Shown here piece after piece: positions 28,218-37,249 of a stretch of 64,000 nt of DNA. The first letter of the stretch is position 1, and every line of letters begins with the position of its first letter. The stretch comes from an uncultured Gemmatimonadales bacterium. Lineage in GTDB: Bacteria > Gemmatimonadota > Gemmatimonadetes > Gemmatimonadales > GWC2-71-9. The DNA is taken from NCBI GenBank assembly GCA_963812755.1, contig CAWEWK010000006.1:15645-79644 (forward strand), written 5' to 3'. The translations under genes were made by a program, and so were the position numbers. A model generated the notes under the pieces. It searched no databases and had not been told where the DNA came from. It worked only from the letters and a program-made list of their open reading frames with translations.

Positions 28218-29531
28218 CTACAACCGGGCCGCCCGCATCAGGATCTCCGACTGTCCTACTCTCGGCAGCGGCATCGGGGCCTTGGAGCCGGGCTTTTCCG
28301 CGCGGGCAGCCAGCTTCGCCCGGTGCTCCGCGGCTGTCGTCTGACTCCACGCGACCGCCACCGAATCACCGTAGACCGCCAGCACCGGGTAGCCGGCGGC
28401 AACGCCGCGATCGCTGACCAGCGAAGGCTCGCCGAACGACTTCCCTCCATCCGACGAGCGGCGGACCAGCACGCCCGGCATCTCGCCATGGCCGTCGTCC
28501 CATGCCACCAGCACGGAGCCGGCCGGGGAAAGCGCGAGCTGCACGTGTGCCGGCTGCGACCGGTCGTTCACTGCCACCGGCTGGGCTTCGAAGCTCCGCC
28601 CACCGTCGCTGGATCGGGCGTAGAAGACTCCTGCCTCCCCCGACTTTCCGGTCCACCAGGCGATATGCACCGCTCCCCTTCCATCCACTCGCATCGCCGG
28701 GCCGGCATGGGGGCAACCGGGATAAACCCACCCGTCCGCCCGCGCTCGAACCGGCGCTCGCCAGCTCTTGCCTCCGTCTTCCGACTTCATCACCACCACG
28801 TCCCGCACATCGCCAGGGAGCACGGCGCGCCAGGCCACATAGATGGCACCCTCGCCGGACACCGCGACGGCCGTGCGGCAGCAGGGACACGTCGGATCGG
28901 AGTAGATGGCACGGTTGGGCTCCCAGGTCTTCCCGCCGTCGGTGGAGCGGCTCATCCACACGCCCGAGCTGCCTTCCCGCCCATCGAGCCAGGTGGCCAG
29001 GTACGAGCCGTCCGACGAAGCGGTGAGGGCGTGGAAGTTGTGGGAGCCGAAGGCCCCGAAGCGGCCGCCGTCATTGACCGTGACCGGGTCGCTCCAGGTC
29101 CTGCCGAGGTCGGCGGAGCGGATGAACCGGAGCGCGCTCACCGGAAACCGCTCCCCCGGAACCTCCTTCCCCACCAGATACAGCACCGCCAATCCGCCGC
29201 TGGAGTCGACCGCCAACTGCGGTGGCGCTTCACCGTGCGCCTCGATAGGGCCCAGCGGGTCACGCACCGAGACAGTAGGTCCCGCCCGCCCAGTTCCGAC
29301 CTCGGTGACCGAGAGATGCAGCGTGCCGTCCGCGCTGCCATTAGGAGCGGAGACCCAGGCCACTACCCGGTCACCTCGTGGCGTGGCGAGGAACATCGGA
29401 GTGGCCCCATTCTCGGTCTCGTGGGAAACTACCAGCGCCGGGGTAAAGTCCAGCTTGTCGCCGCCGGAGCCCGCGCCGCAGCCGGCCACCAGCGCCGCGG
29501 CGGCGGGAGCGAGTAGAATCGGTCGAACCAT
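28218..29531 (-). CDS. BNR/Asp-box repeat (sialidase-fold) lipoprotein
   Basis: Five Asp-boxes: SADLGRTW, STDGGKTW, SEDGGKSW, SSDGGRSF, SSDGGKSF. Lipobox LVAGCG. ATG 29531 is preferred over the TTG at 29552. Confidence 0.8.
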   Translation of the reverse strand: MVRPILLAPAAAALVAGCGAGSGGDKLDFTPALVVSHETENGATPMFLATPRGDRVVAWVSAPNGSADGTLHLSVTEVGTGRAGPTVSVRDPLGPIEAHGEAPPQLAVDSSGGLAVLYLVGKEVPGERFPVSALRFIRSADLGRTWSDPVTVNDGGRFGAFGSHNFHALTASSDGSYLATWLDGREGSSGVWMSRSTDGGKTWEPNRAIYSDPTCPCCRTAVAVSGEGAIYVAWRAVLPGDVRDVVVMKSEDGGKSWRAPVRARADGWVYPGCPHAGPAMRVDGRGAVHIAWWTGKSGEAGVFYARSSDGGRSFEAQPVAVNDRSQPAHVQLALSPAGSVLVAWDDGHGEMPGVLVRRSSDGGKSFGEPSLVSDRGVAAGYPVLAVYGDSVAVAWSQTTAAEHRAKLAARAEKPGSKAPMPLPRVGQSEILMRAARL

Positions 29532-29548
29532 GATGATGCTCCGAGTGC

Positions 29549-31882
29549 TCAATTGAAGCGGTATTGCGCGCCGAGGAAGAACTGGCGCGGGGCACCGGGA
29601 CGGAATCGCTCACCCTGCTGCACGTTGAACGACGAGGTCTCGGCAAAGCGACGATTCCCCAGATTGGCCACTCGACCGCTCAGCTCCAGATGTCCGGATA
29701 CCGGCACCGTCGCGTACAGATTGAAGAGGTCGTGCCCGTCGTACTTGTGGGTATTCTCCGGATCCATCCAGTACGACCCCAATCGCACCCACTCGACGCT
29801 CAGCGCCCCGGATTCCAGGAACGCGGGGCGGTAGGTCAGGCGGGTGTTGCCGAGCACGCGCGGCGCCAGCTCCATTTCGTGCCCGCTGTAGTCCACGTCC
29901 GGGCGTGGCTGCCAGGCTTCGTAGGTGTGCTTGGCGTAGGACAACGCCGTGTTGAGCTGAAGCTCCCGGAGCAGTGCGACGCCCAAGCCGAACTCCACCC
30001 CGCGATGGTTGGTGGCGCCTGCGTTCTGGGTAAGGCGCAGGCCGCTACCGGGATCGAAGAAGGTCAGGATGTCATCGCGCAGATCCATTCGATAGGCCGT
30101 GGCCTCCAGAGTCACCACGCCACCGAGCGCGGTACGAACTCCGGCTTCCCAGCTACGGGCGCGCACCGGTTTGAGGTCCACCGTGCTCACCGCCGATCCC
30201 TGGCGGAAGAGCTGGCTTTCCGAGGGCGCCCGGAAAGCAGTGCGGTAGGAGACGAACAGGTTGGCATTGGGCGCGACCTCCCAGGTGGCGCCCAGCTTGG
30301 GGCTGAGCCGGTCAAAGCTCACGCCGGTCGACCCCGGCCGCCGGTGGGTTCCCGTGGCCAGGTCGCTGAGCCGGTTCTCGTAGTCGTACCCCAGTCGATC
30401 GTACCGCGCGCCGACGCTGAGCTGGACTCGCGCCGGCAGCGATACGTCCGCCTGAGCATAGGGTGAGGCCTGCCAGAAGGCGACGTCGTAGTCGTACTGC
30501 ACCTCGCCCTCGGCGTAGCCGGTAAATGCCTGTCCGGCGCGCTCCGGCAGGATCTCGGTCTCCAGCCGGCTTCCCGGACTGTACTCCAGGTCGACGCCGG
30601 TGCTGATACTGGTACGCAGCGGCAGAATCGAGCGACGCCAGCGGGTGAGCAGGCCGACCGAGCGATGCCGGCTTTCCCACACCTGCGGATCGAAGGTCAG
30701 TTGCCAGGAGGGCAGCAGGTCCAGCTCGTTGTAGCGGGCATACAGGGTTGCGCCGAAGGACGAAGACTCCCCCTGCAGCTGAAACTCGGAGGAGAGCCTT
30801 CCCGCCTTCACTCGGCGGAACGCGATGGGGGTGTAGGTCCGGCTCGGCAGGTTGCCGAAGTCTTCCGCGGTGAGATCGCTTCCGCCGTCGCCCGGCTGAT
30901 CGATGTGGGAGAACGCGGCAACCGTCTTCAGCCGGCTCCGCTGGCTCAGCTGGAGATCCCAGCGCAGGGTACCGCTTTGCCGGTCGTACGGTGTTGCATC
31001 GCGCCACCCGTCCGCCTTGGTGACGTTGACGTCGGCCCGGAACCCGCTCCGGCCCACTGTCGTGCTCGCCGAGCCGAGCGCCCGGAGATAGGTGCTGCTG
31101 CCTCCCTCCACGAACAGCTCCGCCTCAGGGCGGGCCGCCGGGTCGCGGGTGAAAGCGTTCACCACGCCACCCACGGCATCGCTGCCGTACACCGCGGAGC
31201 CGGGACCCTTGATCACTTCGAGCCGCCCCGCTTGAGGAATGTTGATCTCGTACAGGGCGTTGTGATTGAAGAAACCGGTGGATCGGATCGGGACCCCATC
31301 CTCCAGGTAGGCATAGACCGCCTTGGTGGTGATCGGCTGGCGAATGGCCGTTGCATGGCCCTCGCCGCCGAAGTTGCTCACGTACACGCCGGGCGATCGG
31401 TTCACGATCTCCGCCGGGTGATGACCCCGGGCCTCGCGAATCTCTGCTTCTCCGATGACCCCCACGCTGAGCGGCGTGGTCGAGGCGAGCCGTTCCTCCC
31501 GGGTAGTGCTCACCACCACCTCGGGAAGGGTCACCACAGCCGTCTTGAGCCGGAATTCCAGCGTCGCAGAGTCACCGGGGACGACCGTGACCGACTGCCA
31601 CGCCGGCTGGTAGCCTATGGCGCGGGCCTCCACCAGCTGACTGCCGAACCGGATGCCGCCCAGGCGAAAGCGTCCGGCTGAGTCCGACGTCGCATACCGG
31701 TTGAGCGCGGCAATACCGACAGTGGCGTCGGCGATCGGTCGGCCGCCGTCACCGGTGACAACTATGCCGCGTATCGTGCCTGAGAGATCCTGCGCGTGCC
31801 CGACGGTCGGGGCCGCGGCGGCGCATAGCAGCAACACCGCGCCGCGAAGGACGGAAGGACTGCATCTCATAGGAGTCTCCAC
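29549..31882 (-). CDS. TonB-dependent receptor with N-terminal CarboxypepD_reg-like domain
   Basis: Signal peptide; GIVVTGDGGRPIADATVGI..TSDSAGRFRL (carboxypeptidase-regulatory-like); plug (TPLSVGVIGEAEI, SPGVYVS); 22-strand-sized barrel ending in FFLGAQYRFN. Confidence 0.9.
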   Translation of the reverse strand: METPMRCSPSVLRGAVLLLCAAAAPTVGHAQDLSGTIRGIVVTGDGGRPIADATVGIAALNRYATSDSAGRFRLGGIRFGSQLVEARAIGYQPAWQSVTVVPGDSATLEFRLKTAVVTLPEVVVSTTREERLASTTPLSVGVIGEAEIREARGHHPAEIVNRSPGVYVSNFGGEGHATAIRQPITTKAVYAYLEDGVPIRSTGFFNHNALYEINIPQAGRLEVIKGPGSAVYGSDAVGGVVNAFTRDPAARPEAELFVEGGSSTYLRALGSASTTVGRSGFRADVNVTKADGWRDATPYDRQSGTLRWDLQLSQRSRLKTVAAFSHIDQPGDGGSDLTAEDFGNLPSRTYTPIAFRRVKAGRLSSEFQLQGESSSFGATLYARYNELDLLPSWQLTFDPQVWESRHRSVGLLTRWRRSILPLRTSISTGVDLEYSPGSRLETEILPERAGQAFTGYAEGEVQYDYDVAFWQASPYAQADVSLPARVQLSVGARYDRLGYDYENRLSDLATGTHRRPGSTGVSFDRLSPKLGATWEVAPNANLFVSYRTAFRAPSESQLFRQGSAVSTVDLKPVRARSWEAGVRTALGGVVTLEATAYRMDLRDDILTFFDPGSGLRLTQNAGATNHRGVEFGLGVALLRELQLNTALSYAKHTYEAWQPRPDVDYSGHEMELAPRVLGNTRLTYRPAFLESGALSVEWVRLGSYWMDPENTHKYDGHDLFNLYATVPVSGHLELSGRVANLGNRRFAETSSFNVQQGERFRPGAPRQFFLGAQYRFN

Positions 31883-31971
31883 CGCTGGGCCGCCCGAGGG
31901 CGGACCTGGTCCAGATGGGCCGGCGCGGAGGTGCGCCGGACGCTAAGGCCGTAAGGCGCGCCGAAGCGCGC

Positions 31972-32343
31972 TCAGGCCAGCGGTGGAGCGGTGGCGGGAG
32001 GTTGCCGGTCGGTGGAACGCTGGACCGGCGGATCGAGATGTGGTGCGGGAGTGGAAACCGGGCGGTCGGCTGCAATGGCGACCGCTGCGATCTTGGCCCC
32101 GGTGGATAGCAGGGCCGCACCGGCAATGTGACAGGCTCCGACACAGTGGCAGGTCTGGCCGGATGGGACGCTGCCCGGCTCGCTGCCGTGGTGCGAGGCG
32201 TGTTGTGCCTGCTGATGAGCCGCCAGCCACGGCGTGTCCACCGGGCAGGGATGCACGGCCTGGAGCCACGCCCCACCCAGGCCGGGGGTGGCCAGCAACA
32301 GCGTGAGTGGCAGGAGCCGCAGGCGGCGCAGGAACCGGATCAT
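31972..32343 (-). CDS. small secreted His/Cys-rich protein (putative metal-binding), unknown family
   Basis: Signal peptide MIRFLRRLRLLPLTLLLATPGLGGAW, then VHPCPVD, HQQAQHASHHGSE and QTCHCVGACH. Lies 89 nt upstream of, and co-directional with, the TonB receptor. Several overlapping alternative ORFs make the call uncertain. Confidence 0.45.
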   Translation of the reverse strand: MIRFLRRLRLLPLTLLLATPGLGGAWLQAVHPCPVDTPWLAAHQQAQHASHHGSEPGSVPSGQTCHCVGACHIAGAALLSTGAKIAAVAIAADRPVSTPAPHLDPPVQRSTDRQPPATAPPLA

Positions 32344-32386
32344 CGGAACCTAAGGTACAGCCACCAAGGCGGATAGAGAAGTGGAA

Positions 32387-32474
32387 CGGACAGGGAGGGA
32401 TTCGAACCCTCGAAACGCTTTTGACGTTTACACGCTCTCCAGGCGTGCGCCTTCAACCGCTCGGCCACCTGTCC
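32387..32474 (-). tRNA. tRNA-Ser (anticodon GGA)
   Basis: The minus strand folds as a cloverleaf: acceptor GGACAGG/CCTGTCC, anticodon stem CACGC/GCGTG with loop CTGGAGA, long variable arm, T-arm GAGGG-TTCGAAT-CCCTC, discriminator G. No encoded CCA. Confidence 0.9.
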
Positions 32475-32524
32475 CGACGGCGCAGGATTTCTAAGTCCTG
32501 CTGGGAGCGAAGTCAATGCAGTCT

Positions 32525-35059
32525 CTAATCGACCAGCCGCCGCTCGAATTCCCTCCGCGCCTGATTCAGGGTTTCCACCGTCCGTTCCTTCTCCGCCGGC
32601 GTATTCCAATCCCGATGCGCCTCGACTGCGCCCCGCAGCCGGTCGATCCAGGCGAGGAAATACTCCGCGTCCTTCCTGGACCTGACCGGCGCGTTTCCCA
32701 CCGTCAGGTAGATCGGGCTGGTCGTCGCATAAGGGTAGAGATCGAGCACCGGGTAGTGGGCTCGATCGCTCCGGGCCCGCAGCAGGTACCAGCCGCTCCG
32801 CTCGCCCGGTAGCGACAGCGTGGTGTCCGCCGCGGTTCGGGCGCCGGGCAGGTCGATCTCCCGGATAACTTCACCGTTGAAGATGATTTCCAGGTGGTCG
32901 ACCGGGACATTGGATCGGAGAACCACTCGAGCCGTCAGCCTGCGGCCACCCGACAGCGCGACCTCATCGCCGAGCCCGTGGCCCTCGAGGCTGAACTCGA
33001 GCAGCGGGCCATTGGTCGCGAAGCTGCGCCCGTGCTTGAGCGCGGTGAGCCAGCGCCGGTGCTCCAGCGGCGCTCCGCTTCGAACAAAGACTCGATTCAT
33101 CCCCACCGGTCCCCGTAACGAGGCGAAGTTTGCCATGGCATCGGTGCCCGCGCCTGCCGGCAGCCGGAAGCCGCAGTTGAGCAGGCGGTACCAGACTTCC
33201 GCCGTGGCCATGGGATCGTCCACAAAGCCGAGCGCCTCGTAATAGTCCACCTTGCCCAGTGCGACGTCCACCGGGAGCTCGTGAGTGAGGGGCCGAGTAC
33301 TGTCGGCCGGATCGGGAAAGACATCGAAGGGATGCACGTAGCCGGTCACCGCGCCTTGATCGCGAGCCAGGTCGAACACATCCGCATTGGTGGGTTGGAG
33401 ACTCGCGACCGCGGTGTTGGCATAGGCGGTGTAACCCGGCAACACGAGATTGCGCCGCAGCCCGAGCAGTCCGACGTGACCCCAGAAGCTGGTGTGATAC
33501 TCCTGCCCGTGAACGATCAGCGTGCCGGGTGAGGAGGCCGGATCCGGCCCGGCCCGGAAGTAGCTCACGTCCGGAACCCTGCCCTCCTTGTTCACGATGA
33601 GGTTCTCCACCAGATGGAGATCCTCGGCCCGAGCCTGAAACGCCAGGCGAGCCGGATCATTTCGGTAGGCACCACCATAGTTCATATGCACGTGTAGGTC
33701 GCCGCTGTACCACCCCTGCCCTGCCAGGTTGGCCAGTCGGTCCACGGGCACCCGCACGGATGTTGTGGTCCCTTCGCGCACGTCCACGGTGCGAGTGGCG
33801 ACGCGGTACTCCGGGCCTCGGGACACCTCGACCTGCACCGCGCCCACCGGAACCGTGAGGGTCGCACTGTCGGCCAGGTGGAAGTAGCCGTACTCGAACT
33901 TCCGCTCCGAGCGGTCGTAGGCGTCGTCCGCGTGGCGCCACGCGCCGTCCGGCGCGTAACTGCGGCCGTCTGGGCCGGTCACCGACACTCGGGCCGGTAT
34001 CGACCTACCGGTCGATCGCTCGGTCACCGCAACCCGCAGGCGGCCCACCGGCATCCGGTAGCTCCGGCGCCGAATCACCACCCGCTCTCGCTGTCCGCCG
34101 GGGACCTGGATGATCCAGAGGGAGGTGTTCCCACCCTCGTTGGAGATGTACGCGATCCGGCCGCCGTCTGGGGACCAGCGCGGCGACGTCGCGTCGAATT
34201 CACCGTAGGTCAATTGAAGGGGATCGCCGCCCTCCGCGGTCATCAGCCAGAGCTGGTGCCACTGTCGGCCGAGGTACGAGCTGTAGACCACTCGGCGGCC
34301 ATCCCGGCTCCAGTCGGGTTTCGCCTTCCAGGTGGTCTCTTCGTAGTGGATCTCCCGGAGCGCTCCGCCGGACTGCGCCGCGCTACGCCAGAATCCGCCT
34401 GAGCCCCAGATGTGGCCCCGGTTGGAGATCAGCAGCAGCTCACGTCCATCAGGCGACCAGGTGGGCGAGAAGTACTGGTCGAAGCGGTGGTAGTAATAGC
34501 GCGGAAGCTTGCTGTCATGCTCCTCGGTTACCTGCACGGCTTCTCGCGGCCCGGCCGAATCGGGACGCAGAGCGAACACGTGCCAACGCCCCTCGGATAT
34601 CGACGAGGTGAACGCAATCCGGCCGCCGTCGGGCGACCAACGGGGCTCCAGGTTTACCGCCCCGTTGGACAGGAGTGACGCCGACTGACCGCTGGCGAGG
34701 TCCAGCAGACGCAGCTCGATGGCATCGTCGTGATACGACGCGTAGGCTATCCGCCGCCCGTCGGGCGACCAATCCGGCTGGTAGTCGTACCCCGGGCCGC
34801 TGGTCAGCTGCCGGGCCTCATCGCTCCCCACCGTCTGGCGCCAGAGCGAGCCTTGCATGGAGTAGATCAGCTCGCGCCCATCCGGCGACCAGGTTGCGGA
34901 GCTGGGGCCACTGGTCGGCTGGGGGATAAACATCTCGCGGTAGTAATAGGGGTGGGGCACCTTCACCTGCTGGAGCACGGGCGCCCGCTGCGCCGCCAGG
35001 ACGCACGGCAGGAGCCCGAGCCAGGCGCAGACCAGCGCCCGGCTTCGGGTTCGGCTCAC
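32525..35059 (-). CDS. secreted TolB-like beta-propeller (PD40 repeats) fused to PHP/CehA-type metallohydrolase domain
   Basis: Six SPDG(R/G)xIA-type PD40 repeats, then GDLHVHMNYGG ... HGQEYHTSFWGHVG ... GYVHPFD ... GAGTDAMANF. The 1171-aa ORF is trimmed to GTG 35059, which overlaps the permease stop (GTGA) and has GGAAGGAA upstream. Confidence 0.8.
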   Translation of the reverse strand: MSRTRSRALVCAWLGLLPCVLAAQRAPVLQQVKVPHPYYYREMFIPQPTSGPSSATWSPDGRELIYSMQGSLWRQTVGSDEARQLTSGPGYDYQPDWSPDGRRIAYASYHDDAIELRLLDLASGQSASLLSNGAVNLEPRWSPDGGRIAFTSSISEGRWHVFALRPDSAGPREAVQVTEEHDSKLPRYYYHRFDQYFSPTWSPDGRELLLISNRGHIWGSGGFWRSAAQSGGALREIHYEETTWKAKPDWSRDGRRVVYSSYLGRQWHQLWLMTAEGGDPLQLTYGEFDATSPRWSPDGGRIAYISNEGGNTSLWIIQVPGGQRERVVIRRRSYRMPVGRLRVAVTERSTGRSIPARVSVTGPDGRSYAPDGAWRHADDAYDRSERKFEYGYFHLADSATLTVPVGAVQVEVSRGPEYRVATRTVDVREGTTTSVRVPVDRLANLAGQGWYSGDLHVHMNYGGAYRNDPARLAFQARAEDLHLVENLIVNKEGRVPDVSYFRAGPDPASSPGTLIVHGQEYHTSFWGHVGLLGLRRNLVLPGYTAYANTAVASLQPTNADVFDLARDQGAVTGYVHPFDVFPDPADSTRPLTHELPVDVALGKVDYYEALGFVDDPMATAEVWYRLLNCGFRLPAGAGTDAMANFASLRGPVGMNRVFVRSGAPLEHRRWLTALKHGRSFATNGPLLEFSLEGHGLGDEVALSGGRRLTARVVLRSNVPVDHLEIIFNGEVIREIDLPGARTAADTTLSLPGERSGWYLLRARSDRAHYPVLDLYPYATTSPIYLTVGNAPVRSRKDAEYFLAWIDRLRGAVEAHRDWNTPAEKERTVETLNQARREFERRLVD

Positions 35060-36465
35060 TTCCTTCCCCGCCAATAGATCAGCAAGCCGACGACAACGAA
35101 GAGGCCGGCGCCGCCGATCACCTTGATTCGGAAGACCCAAGGATCGGTCGTTCCCGAGGGAGGAACCGTCGCGACTACCATGGCGAAGAGAGTCAGACCG
35201 AGCCCCGCCACTCCGACGAGTGCCCCGGTCGCACGGGCGAGCACGCCGGACTCGGAGGGCAAGGGATCGCGCAGGCGGGCAACCAGATAACAGAGGAAGA
35301 GGTAGATGTACGGGATGAAGTAGACCAGCAGCATGGTGTCGAGGATGATGAGATACGCCTTCTCCACCGTGGTGCCCTTCCCCAGTACCGTGAGCAGGAG
35401 GAAGACGCTGGCGAGCACGGCCTGAGTGAGAATGGCGACGTACGGCGTCTGCCAGCGGGGGTGAATCCGGCCGAACGCGGGCGGGAAATAGCGATCGAGG
35501 CCGATGACGAAGGCGACCCGTGCCGGACCGGTGAGCCAGGCTCCCACGCCCCCGACGTTCCCCAGGACATAGAGCGCGGCCGCGAACGGAGCCAGCCAGA
35601 CGAGGTTCACGCCGGCATCCCTGGCGCCGGCCGCGAGGGCCTGGAGGAAGCCCGACACGATATTGACCTCGCCGGTCGGAATCAGCCAGAGCACCGAGGC
35701 CGTGCCCGCGATGTAGAGGAACGCGATGAGCGGTGCAGAGATGTAGATGGAGCGCGGAAGGGTGCGTCGGGGATCTCGAACCTCCCCGCCCAGCACCGCG
35801 CAAAGCTCCACTCCGGCGTAGGCAAAGGCGATCGATGCCCACAGATTGAGCTCCGACCAATCTCCCAGGTCCGGGATGATCGTTTGCCAGTTCAACGGAG
35901 TCGCCGGAGGACGGGTGAATGCTGCGTGCACGCCGAGCGCCACCAGGATCACGCCGGGGATATAGGTGCCGAAGGCGCCGAGGTTCTGCAGCCATCTGCC
36001 GGTTTGAAGGCCCACGATGTTGAGCAGCACGGCGATCCATAGTGCGGTCAGCGTGGCGGGGAGGACGTAGGCCCAGTTACCGGCCAACGAGGTATCGCCT
36101 CGTCCGATGACGTAGGTCCCGATCACCGCGGTGGACATCAGCAGGTTGGGGTAATAGAGGATGTTGTTGACCCAGTAGCACCAGCCGCAGAGAAAGCCGT
36201 GTCCTTCCCCGAAGGCGCGTTTGGTCCAAAAGTAGATCCCCCCTTCCTCGGGATACTTCGAGGAGAGCCGGCCCACCGCGAGTCCTTGCGGCACGAAGAA
36301 GAGCAGTCCGGCCAAGACCCACAGTGAGATCGAGCTGGGTCCGGCCGCGGCCGCGGTGGCGAACCAGCGAAGGCTGAGAATGGCGACGATGTTGAACAGC
36401 ACCACATCGCGCAGACCCAGGGCGCGCGGGAGAGCGACATGCGGAGCTTCGGCGACGGCGGTCAT
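35056..36465 (-). CDS. APC-family amino acid permease
   Basis: 12-TM profile. LGLRDVVLFNIVAILSLRW and KYPEEGGIYFWTKRAFGE are typical of APC transporters. Confidence 0.85.
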   Translation of the reverse strand: MTAVAEAPHVALPRALGLRDVVLFNIVAILSLRWFATAAAAGPSSISLWVLAGLLFFVPQGLAVGRLSSKYPEEGGIYFWTKRAFGEGHGFLCGWCYWVNNILYYPNLLMSTAVIGTYVIGRGDTSLAGNWAYVLPATLTALWIAVLLNIVGLQTGRWLQNLGAFGTYIPGVILVALGVHAAFTRPPATPLNWQTIIPDLGDWSELNLWASIAFAYAGVELCAVLGGEVRDPRRTLPRSIYISAPLIAFLYIAGTASVLWLIPTGEVNIVSGFLQALAAGARDAGVNLVWLAPFAAALYVLGNVGGVGAWLTGPARVAFVIGLDRYFPPAFGRIHPRWQTPYVAILTQAVLASVFLLLTVLGKGTTVEKAYLIILDTMLLVYFIPYIYLFLCYLVARLRDPLPSESGVLARATGALVGVAGLGLTLFAMVVATVPPSGTTDPWVFRIKVIGGAGLFVVVGLLIYWRGRK

Positions 36466-36475
36466 AGGAGATTGA

Positions 36476-37243
36476 TCAGGCCTTGAGATAGAGTCGTTTG
36501 GGATCCAGCACGTCGCGAAGCAGTTGCAGCTCTTGCTTGGAAGGCGGGGCGACCGTTTCCGGACTGGGGCGACAGCGCAGCTGCCAGGCGACTCCGGCGC
36601 TTACCTCATCGACCGTGACTCCGGGATACAGTGCGGTAACCACCAGCTCACCGCTCTCCGGGTCAGCCCCCAGCACTGCCTTGTCGGTCACCACCTTGAC
36701 GGGCCCCGCACCCGGCATGCCCAAGTCCCGCCGGGTCCGGCCGTTGATCCGATGCCCCGGGCTGGTGACGAAGTCGACCCGCTCGGGGAACGCGCGCCGA
36801 TTCAGCCGACTGATCACCAGGGTGCGGCGAGCGTGAATGGCGATCTCCGCGGCGCCGCCGCTGCCGGGAAGCCGCACTGTCGGCCGTTCGTACTTGCCCA
36901 CCACCGTGGTGTTGATGTTTCCGTACCGGTCGATCTGCGCTCCGCCGAGAAAGCCGACTTCGATCCGGCCGTTTTGAAGGAAACACTGAAAGACGTCGGC
37001 CATGCCGCACACCATGAGGGCTCCGGTGACCAGCGAAGGATCGCCAATCGACACCGGAAGTCGCTCAGGCTCTGCTCCTACCGCTCCCGACTCGTAGATC
37101 AGGACCAGCCGCGGTGCGTGGGTGGCGCGGGCAAGGTTGCAGGCGAGGTTGGGGAGCCCGATTCCGACGAAGACGACCTCACCGTCCCGCAACTCTCGCG
37201 ATGCAACGCAGGCCATCAGCTCGGCGGGCGTGTAGGCCGTCAT
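36476..37243 (-). CDS. CoA-transferase subunit B (glutaconate/3-oxoacid CoA-transferase family)
   Basis: ELRDGEVVFVGIGLPNLACNLA ... LIYESGAVG (the catalytic Glu region of family I CoA-transferase beta subunits). Confidence 0.8.
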   Translation of the reverse strand: MTAYTPAELMACVASRELRDGEVVFVGIGLPNLACNLARATHAPRLVLIYESGAVGAEPERLPVSIGDPSLVTGALMVCGMADVFQCFLQNGRIEVGFLGGAQIDRYGNINTTVVGKYERPTVRLPGSGGAAEIAIHARRTLVISRLNRRAFPERVDFVTSPGHRINGRTRRDLGMPGAGPVKVVTDKAVLGADPESGELVVTALYPGVTVDEVSAGVAWQLRCRPSPETVAPPSKQELQLLRDVLDPKRLYLKA

Positions 37244-37249
37244 CCGAGC

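Noticed and set aside
32130-32165. B12-box-like string on the minus strand (CCAGACCTGCCACTGTG) upstream of the TonB receptor, suggesting a second cobalamin riboswitch
   Set aside because: The two sub-motifs are fused and in the wrong order. There is no GGTG..AA..CC core or P1 helix nearby. The region reads as a plausible secreted-protein ORF (QTCHCVGACH).
32340-32609. 89-aa ORF overlapping the tRNA-Ser(GGA) locus
   Set aside because: It is fully explained by the tRNA gene and flanking non-coding DNA.
35060-36040. N-terminal extension of the 1171-aa ORF 32525..36040
   Set aside because: It overlaps the APC permease gene (35056..36465) in another frame and is Arg/Gly-rich. Homology (signal peptide plus PD40 repeats) begins only after GTG 35059.
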